From positions 10,850,001-10,914,000 of the forward strand of contig OZ281494.1 of NCBI GenBank assembly GCA_965637545.1: a DNA stretch of 64,000 nucleotides, written 5' to 3'. Position 1 is the stretch's first letter, and every line of letters starts with the position of its first letter. Both the position numbers and the translations under genes were made by a program. Under the pieces are notes generated by a model, which saw only the letters and a list, made by a program, of their open reading frames with translations, was not told the DNA's origin and did not search any database. The DNA comes from Phallusia mammillata. Taxonomy: Eukaryota. Shown piece after piece: positions 47,001-58,110 of the stretch.

Positions 47001-50000
47001 TGTTAGTGACAAAACCGTTGCAAACCATAATAAAGTTCCATTTAATACATGACATGATAACAGTTGAGGCTGAGATATAATGGTTTTAACATAATCTTCA
47101 ATCCGGTCTGACTGAAAGTTTCAAAACGTGATTCTTAAGTATTTTCAACTTTCCTACTATGTGGAAAATTGTGATTTAGCCCAAGAGTCGCCACGCCAGG
47201 AGGCAGGAAAGGAGACGAACCATCCGATGCTTGCCAACCTCCTCAAACCATCACATGAACAATCTGTGGCTCCAAAACCAAGTTCCACAGCAGTTCAAAC
47301 CAAGGTAGCGAATGGTGTCAGTGCCAATCAATGTACACAAAGGATAGCTATTATATATGAAAGTTAATTGGTCGGTGTACAATTTTCTAGAACTCATTTT
47401 TTAATAGTGCTGGTATCTTAATGTTAAGTATTGTGGAGTTATAAAACCATTTGCATTTTAGCTTAGCATTTATAATTCCAAGTTTGTAACCTCATTTTAA
47501 CAACCTGGAAATTAAATTACATTACAGAAGCACCCAATGTTGCTGAACCTGCTAAACGACTCGGACAAGACCAGCAGTAACACGGCAAGCAGCAAAACCA
47601 CAACTACTAGTCAACCGGTTTACAGCCAATCACAGTCATTTCAACAACCCACACCTGACCAGTATAATAACATCAGTAATGTACCCCACTCCATCCAAAG
47701 TTATTTTAACCCACAACCAACAGGGGTAAACCCCATGCCCCCACCCCCAAGTTACCCCAATTCGATTCCAATGAAACCGGTCCAGCAACCTTATCAGGTT
47801 TTACACAGTTTGTACATTTTATATTCCTGTTTAAAACGTATCTTTTTACACAGATGCAGCAACTCTATCAGTCCCCTCTGAACCTAGATGACCTATCCAC
47901 CCCTACACCTATGACGCCATCATTGACGTCACCAAGCTTTAACACGCAACCAAACATGGGTCACTCCATGACCCCACCCCTGATGCCAGTTCACAATATA
48001 CCACAATCACCTAATACTTCATCCATCCCCTCACCCATGTACTCGACCCAGTCTTCACCCATGCAGCCCCCTATGAACACCCCCCAACCTCTGCCCATGG
48101 CGTCACCAATGCATCCAGCTATGACGCCACCGCTTGCGTCACCACGAAAGGTTGGACGCAGGGGGTCGCGTCAGAAGTCACATTCCATGGAGGTCGCGAA
48201 TCCGAATTCCATGGATATTAAATCCGAGCTTTCTGAATTCAACTTTGACGTGAGTAGATCGGTGATGGACAATCGTAAAACTAACGTTCCCGACTAATTG
48301 TTTCAGTGCCTAAAACAGTAATTATAAGTTTCACTTTATTTTGTTTAAGTATGCAGTATTACATGTAAAACCATTGACCATTAAAAAATATTTAAAACCA
48401 TTAAAAAGAACATCTAAAACCTATGTTAACCCGCACTTAGGGACTTAGGGGTTGGTAAAATGGCAACGGTAATGTATGCTAAAATTCGGAATACGAATTT
48501 CTTGCCCTCGTTTTGTTTTGTTTTATCGCTGACATGGGCATCAAATAAACTTGTTTATTTCTTTTACAGGAGACGGACTTTTTCAATCCAGGTAATATTA
48601 ATTAGTAAAGAATCGTTGAAATAATCAATATGTATCGATCTGAACTTGTGATTCCCAACCTTCTTGTTTTGAATTTACGAACTCGCTCCTGGTGTAACAT
48701 TTATGGTTGTTTTGTTGAACTACGTTGTTCATTTATTGAAATATGCAATTGTTGCAACATAAAAATGAAAAGATCACTTTTTTCACTCTTCAGACAACTA
48801 ACTTACATTGGTGATAACTTGTTTAATTTGACGGATCCTTTAGAGATCAGCGAATTCCAGATTGGAAACCACTCAATGTAGGCCTCTGAATATTATATAT
48901 CTTCCTAATGGCTTTACTTTTTTTAACTCAGGTACCAGTCCTGCTCCAGGCAACGCTTACATGAACACAAAACTCGTGTCGCCCAACCTTATGCGCGGGG
49001 AGATGCCTTCGTTTGGTAACAGTTTCTCTTTTGATTCTGATTTTGGGACTGACACTGATCGAACATTGGGAAGGTAGAAATAACTTCAATACATCATATG
49101 TTTGCCTGTTTGTTTTGCTCGTCTTTATAGCGGTTTGCGGTAAAACAATACCGGGCATTGACCTATAGGCAGGGTTGCCATCGACTTGAAACTAAAACTA
49201 AGGACAACCGAAAAATAAAATTTCATACGAAACGAAACAAACGTTTTTGAACAAATCTTTGCGTTTATACGAGACATGACATACCCAATCCCGTATTTTT
49301 TGGCCAGAAACCATCTGTTCCAGCAACTACTTCATGCATCTCACGACAGCTCAGGTCTAGGTTTACTTTTACTTGTAGCAGGGATTTGACTAGTAATTAT
49401 TGAAAATAAGACAAAAGAAGGACTCAAGTCAAAAATAAGGACAATTCTTAGAAATAAGGACAACAAAATTTACTAAGACATTGCCCTTCAAAATAAGGAC
49501 AAATCTTAGAAATAAGGACGATATGGCAACCCTGCCTATAGGTATGCTTAAACACTATAAAGGATCTCCAATACAATAAAATGACATTGTCGCTTGTCAT
49601 TTTGTACCAGATAATCGCCAACGCTACAGCAAATAAAAAGTATGTTGATATTGATGATTTTTTTAGAAAAGCGCAAAATTATTTTTTGCCATAAAAGTCG
49701 ACTTTTCCTTTGTTGCTAAACAGAGTTTTTATGCACCATTGTCCAAGACCATAAAAGCAAATTGCATATTTTTTCATGGTTTGAAGCAATTTAAGGGGTT
49801 CAAATTTAAAACTTTTTAAAATGGATCAACTTGGCTTGAATCAAACGGTGGTGCTAATGTAAACATAAGATCTCTAAAAAATAAAACTACTTGGCGAAGT
49901 TTTAAACTATTTCTTATTTTTGGCAGAAAAAATTCCTTGGGCCGCCGTCCTTCGGGTCAGGCATTTACGCCGCAACCTTCCATGGGTCAAGACAATCAGG

Positions 50001-53000
50001 TACGTATATAAAAACGAAATTAAATTACAAATTGATTTAACTTATGATTGTCTTCTATAGGACTTTGGAATCAAGTCGGAATTCATTCAACATCAGGAGA
50101 TGCAACAATTTCGTCCCATTTTTCCAAACTATCCACAACAACAAATGACACAGCAACAGCACGGGGTTAGTGAAAAAATGCGCTTTTGTTTGTTGCACCC
50201 GATTTTGTTTGGTGAACTTGGCTGAACTGAACATTCTACCACCAGGGAAGTATGGATATGCAAGATGAACACTCAATTTCTATTAAAACCCCAACTTCTG
50301 TGACGCGATCAATCAGTCAATCGTCCGAACAACCAGAAGCTGATCCGTTCAAGTTCGACGATAACAGGTAAGTTTAGAAGTGTTGCACTTATGTTTAGAG
50401 CGTAACCAGACCCAAACGCAAGTATGCTCACACAACTTCCCAGAGGTAAACTGACACATAACTGATTTATATCTCAATGGCTGTTAAAAGATACAAATTT
50501 TGATGTAATATTTTCGGGATTTAGGATATTTCAACTATTCCTAAAAAAATGTGTGTGCTTATATTTTAGCAATTCACATACATATCGACGTCGAATTGTC
50601 GATTGAACAACATTAAAGTGCTATTGTGTTTTTTTTAATACAAGCTCTAGTAGGCCCATACATGTGTTGCTAAACCAATTGTAGCTGTTTTTAACCCAAT
50701 GATCACTTCATTTATTCTTCTTTGGGGAATTATTCTCTTGCAAATGTACTTGGCCTCGCACTATTATAATGCAGAGTTTTTAGTTTTAGGTATAAGACTA
50801 GTAATTAACACGTCACGCACAACCAGTAGTATTCCGTTTATTATGCTGCCTTTTTTATTTAACTCGTGGTGTAAAGACGCAAGGTGCGCAGCTGAACAAT
50901 CGCTGAAGTGCATTACACACTTGTTTTACGACGTTTAACAAACGTTCGTTTTCAGAGCTCCGTCTAAGATCAGTATGTCTGACAGCAGTGGAAACCTGCA
51001 AAGATCCGGATCGCTCTCTCGCCAATCGAGCTCTTCATCGCTCATGGGTAGGAGGTTTGATTTAGCTCACTACCAATTGTCTGTGCCAATATGATTGCTT
51101 GCTTTGTTTTTACCTTTACACCCAGGGCGACTGATGATACCCACATGGGCGAAATATATGTCGTGTTAACACTATTGTTGACGGATTTTGAATTTTACTG
51201 TTGCTCCGTCAAATAGTGTCACAGAAAGTTACGCACATAATCAGTGATCGTCGACATACGACATCTACTATTTGCGGGAAAGATCCTGTAACAAACGCTA
51301 AACCTTTTATCTAGGATACACATTAAGGATTTTTGTTATTTGCTCAATTCCATCATATTAATCATTGATTGTCGGCATATGATACCTACTGCTACTATTC
51401 ATGGGAAAGATCATGTAACTACCACTAAATACCTTTTATGTATTATTTGTTGAAACAGATGACTCCACACTAAAGGGATTGTTAGTAAGCCCAATATCTG
51501 GCGGCAATGGGAACAAGTCGGCCATGATGAAAGGGGAAAAAGGTGGAACGGTGCTACATAACCTCCTCAGCAAAAGTACAGGACTAATGCATGTGTAGCT
51601 TGCAACTATTGATGAACTTTCCTATTCCAGATCTAAGTAACATCGGACAAAGACGAGCTTCGGAGGAATCATTAGCTGGTAGCAGTCAACAGAGCATGGG
51701 TGGACACAAACCGCTGGTGCGACAAAACGCGGTGTCAAAACCGGGCATGGTGAAAAGTGCAGCCAGTCTACCGGTAATCTTACCCAACTGGAACAATGGT
51801 TGGGGGGATATATTTACATGATTTTTCCAACGCGATTGCGATTTTTTACAGATCCATTATTATTTTTTAATTCGTTAAAAACTAGTGATAGACCGAAACC
51901 AACTTAAAAAGTTCGGACCAAGACCGAAACAGGCCGAACCAAAACTTTCTCGGCATAATGGATGTTTTGAACAAAATCGTATGTTCGTAGTGCAAGTAAA
52001 CTCTTTTTTGACGTCCCGATATGGCCGAAATCTTTCGACCAGCCGAAACTTTGGTGCGAGAACATTAAAAAAAATAAAAACGCGTTTTATATATTTGTGA
52101 TTAATGTCACAAAAACTCAGGAAACACTATTGACGGAAAATTGAAAAAAAATACTGTAATAATTAGACTTTCAAATTTTTGATAGTTGACGTTTAATAAG
52201 TCATGAAAAACAAACAACACGATTTTTAAACCACGGTTAATAGAAACGTTGGGGGAATTTATACCATTTTATATTAGGCGAAGGCGGCAGATGGTAAAGA
52301 GAAAGCACGAAAACGGGCAGCAGGAAAGGATGACGCAGCTAAAGGTCCTCCTAAACGCAGGGGAAGACCACCATCTACAGACAAGAAGGAGCATACGGGT
52401 AGGTTCGACACTCTTTTACTTTTCCACAGTTTTTATCACTAAAACTACACTTTCTTGACTTACGATCTACAGTACAAGGCTTTTGACATAAATCACATGC
52501 ATTCGCAAATTAAGGAGCAATCCTATCGCAAAAGTGTTTTCTGGGGTCTTTCCGAATCTGATTGCCACAGTTTTAACCCACAGACCATTGGTTCCCAACA
52601 TTTTTCGACGAATTTCTCCCGTAACAATTCAAAACATTTTCGTTGGTCTCTATTATACTACATAGTAGATGCTAAACCATACAAAGATCATTTAAAATTG
52701 GGCCAAAAACTTCACGGGGTATTTTCCCAGAACTTTAGGGTATATTTACAAACACATGTACAAATTAACTTAAATTCCTCCCATCATGTTGTAAAATACC
52801 TCCATGGGGTTACTGCCATAGACCGTTCTAGTCCTTCTGTTGCCGAACACACTTTGTGGTAGCTTAAGGTAAAAGAATACAACTTAAATTCAAAAAGTTG
52901 ACCTATGTAGAAAGACAAGGTTTAACCGGCTGTGGTATTATTTTACCCCCTATTTTGAACTTCATATTAATACTACGTCAAACTTCTTATGTTTGTTTTT

Positions 53001-56000
53001 TCGAAAATGAATCGATTTCGTACCACGTGTGGTTTTTAAATACGTCACGTGACTATTTAAGCGGTCAAGCGGAAAAAGATGGATGACGATTCGGAATCTC
53101 CACGTGGCAAGATCGTGTTGAACGTGCAGCTGAACAAGGGAATGCCGATTTCATCCACAACCAAAACGAAACCCAACCAGCCTCAAACACCGAACACAAT
53201 CGAAAAACCTGCGGGTAGGTCCACTGTGTTCTAGGATACGAACTGAGGGCGCAAAAACTAATATTGAAATAAGTTTAACGGGTGTAACTGATGTGTCCTT
53301 CATATCACTGATGATGGCATGAGCATTTGCCGAAACGTTTGAAAAAATTAAGCATGTCGCTTTTTACGTCTATTTGGGCCGTTATTTTCACCATTAATAT
53401 TGAAATAAAATTTAAACATCAACCTTTTATCTTGTTTATCCCTTGGAAACTTTTCAACAAAAATTTTACCCCATTTTTTTCATTACTCTTATTCCGCAAA
53501 GAAAACATTTTTACCGACATGTGTTTCCAAAATATACCCAATCCAAAATAGTCATCTAAGGGGGTAAATACAAGTTAGTACTCCATCAGAAATGAACATT
53601 ATTTTCCAAATGCTTGGAACAAACTTGATGTCCAAAATATCAATTTTTGCGAAACCTTTTTCGTCACCGACCTATACAACACAACTTCAATGCCCGTCAT
53701 ATAGTTTTGTCTTCTGAATTTGTTTACAACGGTTAAGTACACATACTAAACCTTTACAATCGAAGTTATCCTACTTATAATTCCACAGCCTCTGTACCCC
53801 CTCCTCCACCCCCGCCGGCCCCCACTGGGGCGCCAGCAACCCTAGCAGAGATCGGAAAATACTCTCCCGACATGCAGCGATACTTCAAAACCCAAGTGGA
53901 AATGAAAATGAAGAAAAAAGAGCGAAAATTAGGCAGCGGTTCTGCTTCACCGGTCACAGCTGGGACATCAAAGGCCAACGGGAAATTCCCTACACCGCAG
54001 TCGGCCAAATCGGGAACTAATGGGGCCAAGGTCCCTGCACCCGCGCCCCAGAAGACCCAAGTGTCTCCCCAACAAAAGCCGGCTGCTCCTAAACTAAAGA
54101 GAAACTCTATTAATGATGTTGTTGAAATGTTACAAGGTAAGTTATTTCCCTTTATTTTCGGGTTAAGGAGTTACTTAATAACATGACTGAAATGTTGTCA
54201 AAAAAAAACCATGAAAGGCCAAAAAATCTCCTACAGATCTTATTACACAAAATCAAGGATTTAAAACATATTTTTATTTCTTCGACATATTTTGACATAT
54301 CGACACTCGCACTAAACACGGTCAAGATTGCCGAGATAGAACAATCCTGACCTTGTGGACCCTAATGCTGGTTTAGATTTTACAAATCTGACTAAAAATG
54401 TCATTTTAGATGTGGCTGTCCAGAAAATGAACGAAAAACCTGCCACGTCCACAGCGGAAAACCCTGGTCTCCCAAAGCTGAAGCCCATAGGTGTTCCACC
54501 AGCAAGAATGGCGGTTGGCAAATCCCCTGCAGCGAAACCAACCTCAATTCTGAAGCAGGGATCGAGCAAAAGTCCGAGCCACTCCTCTTCTAAGCCAATG
54601 GCTGGACCTGGCCGCGTGCAGCAGAATGTGAAAAAGGACCAAAAACCGCGACCTGTGACCCCACAAAGAGATGAAAAAGGAGCCTTTGTTAGTCCACCTC
54701 TAGCTAAGACCTCGCCGAAGACACAAATGCAGACGACATTGCTGAGCCAAGACCCTAAAATGAAGACTACTTTGAATAGGATAACTGAGAGCGCAGCAGC
54801 AGCAGCAGCCAAAATTGGAAACTTACCGTCCACGAGTCCAAACGCGGGAGTCGCGAAGCAGCGAATGGCGGGAATTGGACGCCTGAATAGCGGCAGCAAG
54901 TCACCCGGTCGCTCGGTCACCCCGCCTCATGCGAAGGTGCCGTTTCCAACTGGGATACCCGAGGTTCATATTCAACACGATCAACGTGTGCATAATTTAT
55001 TATTAAAAGGCAGAAAGTCCCCAGCTCATGCTGTACCAAACCCAGGTAAGCCTATTTGGCCACTTGTTAACTAAAACACAATTGCGAACATCCATATGTT
55101 TTGCTTATCCTTAGATGTGTCGACTAAAGGTGGCGAGGCAAGCGACGACCGATCGTCAGCAGTGAGAACATCAGCTGCTGTTTCTCATCCCAGGAAATCT
55201 ACTTCATCAGATTCCGCTATGAATGCTCCACCAGCCAAGCGCCAGTCTATTTCACCAGGTCTTACAATGATTACCTCTGTGTTATAAACGCAAAACCGAT
55301 AGGCGGCAGCGTGATGCTTTGAAATTTTTAGAAAGAAAATTTGTGTGACCAGATTTATCAAAGTTGGCAGTATATGTGGTTGATTATAAAAAGTTGGTAG
55401 TATATAGGTTTAGATAAATAAAGTGATTTAACTGTAAATATTATTTAAATATTAATGGAAAATTACTGTAACTCTGACGTAAATGTAACCTAACAGTCGC
55501 TAATGAGGACATTTTCCCATTTTTTAAGCCTTATCTTTAGCAGTTTCGTGTATTGATGTGCCTCATTGCAGTTAGTGTGGTAGGAAATTTATTGCGTAAA
55601 CGTTCCAAAGTTGTTACAATATCAACCACAGTGTTTCATTTGTGCGATGACGTCATCATTGCCAAAAGGTGCCACTGTTTATCGCAGTAAATCATCCTTT
55701 TCCGAAAACCATACAATTGCTTTACAGCACTGACTACAGGTCAAGTCACATCATCGTCGGTAACAGTAAGTCCGATGAGTCCCACTGACCAACTTGTGAT
55801 CGACGACGAATCTGCACCGAAATTAAGTCGGAGCGTCACTCCTGTTCAAGCTGCTGCGTCTTCTTCTGCAGTTCGAGAAAGTTCTCCTGTTGTCAAGCAG
55901 CCACCAGCAACATCAGGTAAATAACGTACAATGTAAAATAACACAGGTTTATAGATTTGTTTTGCGGATGGGTTTCATTCATGTATTTTAAAATAATAAA

Positions 56001-56715
56001 CGCCTAATTTTGGAAACGTCATTGGTGTAGCGATGATGGGTTTAAATATCAAATTGATCCTAATTGTTTTGATATTTTGATAAAAGCCATAAAAATGTAA
56101 ATTGTGTACCCAAATGTAAAATCGCGTTTCCACTATTTTTGTTTAACATTTACAGCACTTTGTATCTCTCAAATAACAGTAACAGGCGCAGACCAGGGAT
56201 GGGATGGGCCGATTCGGTACCGAGCATCGCTGTTTTTTGATGCTCTATTCTCGGCCAAGCAGTTGCACAAACTGACCCAAGCATTAAATTTTCATATTTT
56301 TGCCCTGCTATCATACGAAACTAGTGTTCGAAGGGGTATTCAAGAACATAGAAGACTGTTTTTTGCGTTAAATGGTGGAAAACGCGTACTTCCAGGGCCT
56401 TTACGGCTTAATACACCGCTGGAGACGGAAGAGACCGTGGAAAGCTACAAAACTTGCGTGGAGTTGGAAACGTTTGTGACGTCACCATGTACCGAGCTTG
56501 CCAAACAAAACATTTTCAGTTTTGGCCCATCTCCAGCGCAAACAGTCCAAAAATCGAAAGGCTTAAATAAGTTATATGTTTATATTGCAGAACCCACCCC
56601 GCCAAACTTTGCGACTCTCATGAAGAAGGGATCGAGTGAAATTGATTTTTCTCCCATTGTTTCGGGGAGCCCATGTGTGATAGATGATGCTTTAATGGAC
56701 GAAGCAGTTTCTTGA
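41081..56715 (+). CDS. MED1: Mediator complex subunit 1, ~30 exons, ~1668 aa
   Basis: N-terminal Med1 domain (MIDRLRSVARTNG, CMITGDMFKVEI, SCPELL, YMALQSLEIDISKM, HGSVG, LPACF, FTHPGH, LPITMR), NR boxes HPMLANLL and HPMLLNLL, and conserved C-terminus VIDDALMDEAVS. Exons: 41081-41197, 42290-42417, 42584-42763, 42963-43109, 43394-43557, 43627-43738, 45091-45215, 45282-45358, 45550-45733, 45949-46053, 46236-46368, 46667-46878, 47180-47304, 47528-47797, 47854-48249, 48570-48591, 48932-49073, 49927-49999, 50061-50165, 50246-50367, 50956-51047, 51459-51575, 51631-51773, 52278-52398, 53062-53214, 53789-54136, 54410-55045, 55115-55258, 55728-55916, 56591-56715 (5007 nt, in frame). Some boundaries in the low-complexity region are uncertain. 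Confidence 0.93.
41337..41765. mobile_element. hAT (Ac-like) MITE
   Basis: TIRs tagtgatgggacg / cgtcccatcacta; subterminal gagtac/gatacc repeats; perfect TSD caaatagg. Confidence 0.9.
44219..44990 (+). mobile_element. HINE-like element, copy 3, with 3 x ~156-bp array
   Basis: Starts ttatgggtccccttctagaaggggacacatattg. The unit gaaagagtgc recurs at 44321, 44477 and 44634. SubTIR ggggacccat at 44946-44955. Confidence 0.7.
49170..49534. mobile_element. hAT (Blackjack-like) MITE
   Basis: TIRs cagggttgcca / tggcaaccctg; aaataaggac subterminal repeats; perfect palindromic TSD cctatagg. Confidence 0.9.
51128..51165 (+). ncRNA. Degenerate type I hammerhead-like motif (Penelope/retrozyme-type)
   Basis: CTGATGA-t-a-CCCA ca TGGG-c-GAAA-tatat-GTC. 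The G10.1:C11.1 pair and stem I are broken. Confidence 0.35.
53305..53342 (+). ncRNA. Minimal type I hammerhead-like motif (Penelope-type)
   Basis: tca-CTGATGA-t-GGCA(tgagcatt)TGCC-GAAA-CGTT-tga: intact catalytic core, 4-bp stem II, palindromic AACGTT stem III and a 3-bp stem I. Confidence 0.5.
56194..56495. mobile_element. Truncated copy of the Ac-like MITE family seen at 34390
   Basis: Collinear similarity to 34390-34700 (agggatggg, ggtaccg.gcatcgctgttttt, cagttgcacaaact, cttaatacaccgctgg, gtgacgtcac). No right TIR or TSD found. Confidence 0.7.
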
Positions 56716-57499
56716 TCCTTCCATCGTGGTCCTTGGCCGTTGCACTAAAGTATTCGTTTTTACTTTGTGTTGTATCGTATTTTTCGCTTTTGCTATGAGA
56801 ATTTTGACATTCATTTTAAGCGAATAATGAATTTGTCGCTTTTTGGCGAATAATGCATTTTTCTGCACGAATGAATTGGGTTAAATTAAACGAATAGGTG
56901 CACATGCATGTTACATCGACGTTCGTCAACAATGCTTTACAGTTTTTGGCTGCTTGTTGAACACAAATTACCTTACAGTGGTGCACATAAAATCGTCAGC
57001 ACAAACGATTTTGACTTTTGGCTTTGTTTACCCGGTTTCTATGGCTAATAAACCGCGTCTTATATTTACCTTTAAAGGGCTATTAAAAGATTTCCTATCG
57101 ATCAACGTACAACAACATAACGTTAAGAATCTTCATCTTGTGAGTTTCTTGCTCTGCATGCTACCTATACTGAAGAGATATTTTCTGTGAAATTTACTTT
57201 GCAGTATTTTGTGATTGTTATAAGTATGTTGTTGCACTGGCTGCTGCGGGGCGCTTGCTTTGCTTATAAACTCTGCGAGTCCTGCTGCAATCACAAACTA
57301 ATAAAAATTGCATTCCTTACAGAAGTTTACATTGCTCAATATGCGTTGGGTTACTTCCCTCGGAATTTGAAAGTAAATTAGATGATTATTTTCTTACATA
57401 ACAATGAACTAGGCCAACTAAACACTTAAATTCTAAACTAATTGGACATTGCAAAAGTGTGAAGCAAGGCGAGGTTGGTTCAATCAAACTGTCATTGAA

Positions 57500-57860
57500 T
57501 TGGTCATGTTCTTGCTGCCCTAATGCTATTTCCTGATGAGCACTTGACCAAATTCCATGCTCAACTGGTAGATCACAGTCGCAACAACTTATCACTAAAA
57601 TTTGACCATGAGGAAAGAAGGCAATCTTTGCAGCTCGATAAAGCCACCAAAGCAAGCAAACTGAATGCTGGATGTAGTGTACATGGTATTCATGAACTTT
57701 TGTGCCTACACAGTACGCTACCTTGCCCAGTGATTCATGATGATCAACTATATTTTACAGTAAAGATGCTTTCCAACGTAACCGCTTCACAACTCACGTT
57801 CCTACGGACTTGGCTAGGTTTTAACACGAGTTTTTTCAATCAGCTATACCATAAGCACCA
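57500..57860 (+). pseudogene. Degenerate Penelope-like element RT fragment
   Basis: EHLTKFHAQLVDHSRNNLSLKFDHEERRQSLQLD resembles the PLE RT segment (F..HLN..H.NIKFT.E.E...LPFLD). After a frameshift, VFMNFCAYTVRY...RCF...VLTRVFSISY resembles the PLE RT C-terminal region. Contains stop codons. Confidence 0.55.
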
Positions 57861-58110
57861 GCACCACCTTGAAAATTAGCCTATATATGAACGAAATTTC
57901 CTCTGAAGTTGCTTAAAACGTACTCAAGACGTTTCGATCATTTTGCTGACAACGACAATAGTTTTGTCGAAAAGTCTGAATAAAAAAGATAAGTGATCAA
58001 ACGTTGCAAACAATTTATTGCAATTAAAACGTGTTGGCGACACATCGGGCTATAGTGATTGTATAAATTTCGTCTTGAAGCAACGCTATCAGAACATGCT
58101 TTCACAGCAT

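Noticed and set aside
48794-48876. MED1 exon QLTYIGDNLFNLTDPLEISEFQIGNHS
   Set aside because: It would need phase 2 at both ends, which is incompatible with the flanking exons. An alternative isoform cannot be excluded without RNA data.
54312-54920. 202-aa minus-strand ORF
   Set aside because: Antisense shadow of the GC-rich MED1 exon 54410-55045.
56104-56590. 5' part of the 203-aa ORF 56104-56715
   Set aside because: Read-through of intron and MITE sequence. Only 56591-56715 is the MED1 terminal exon.
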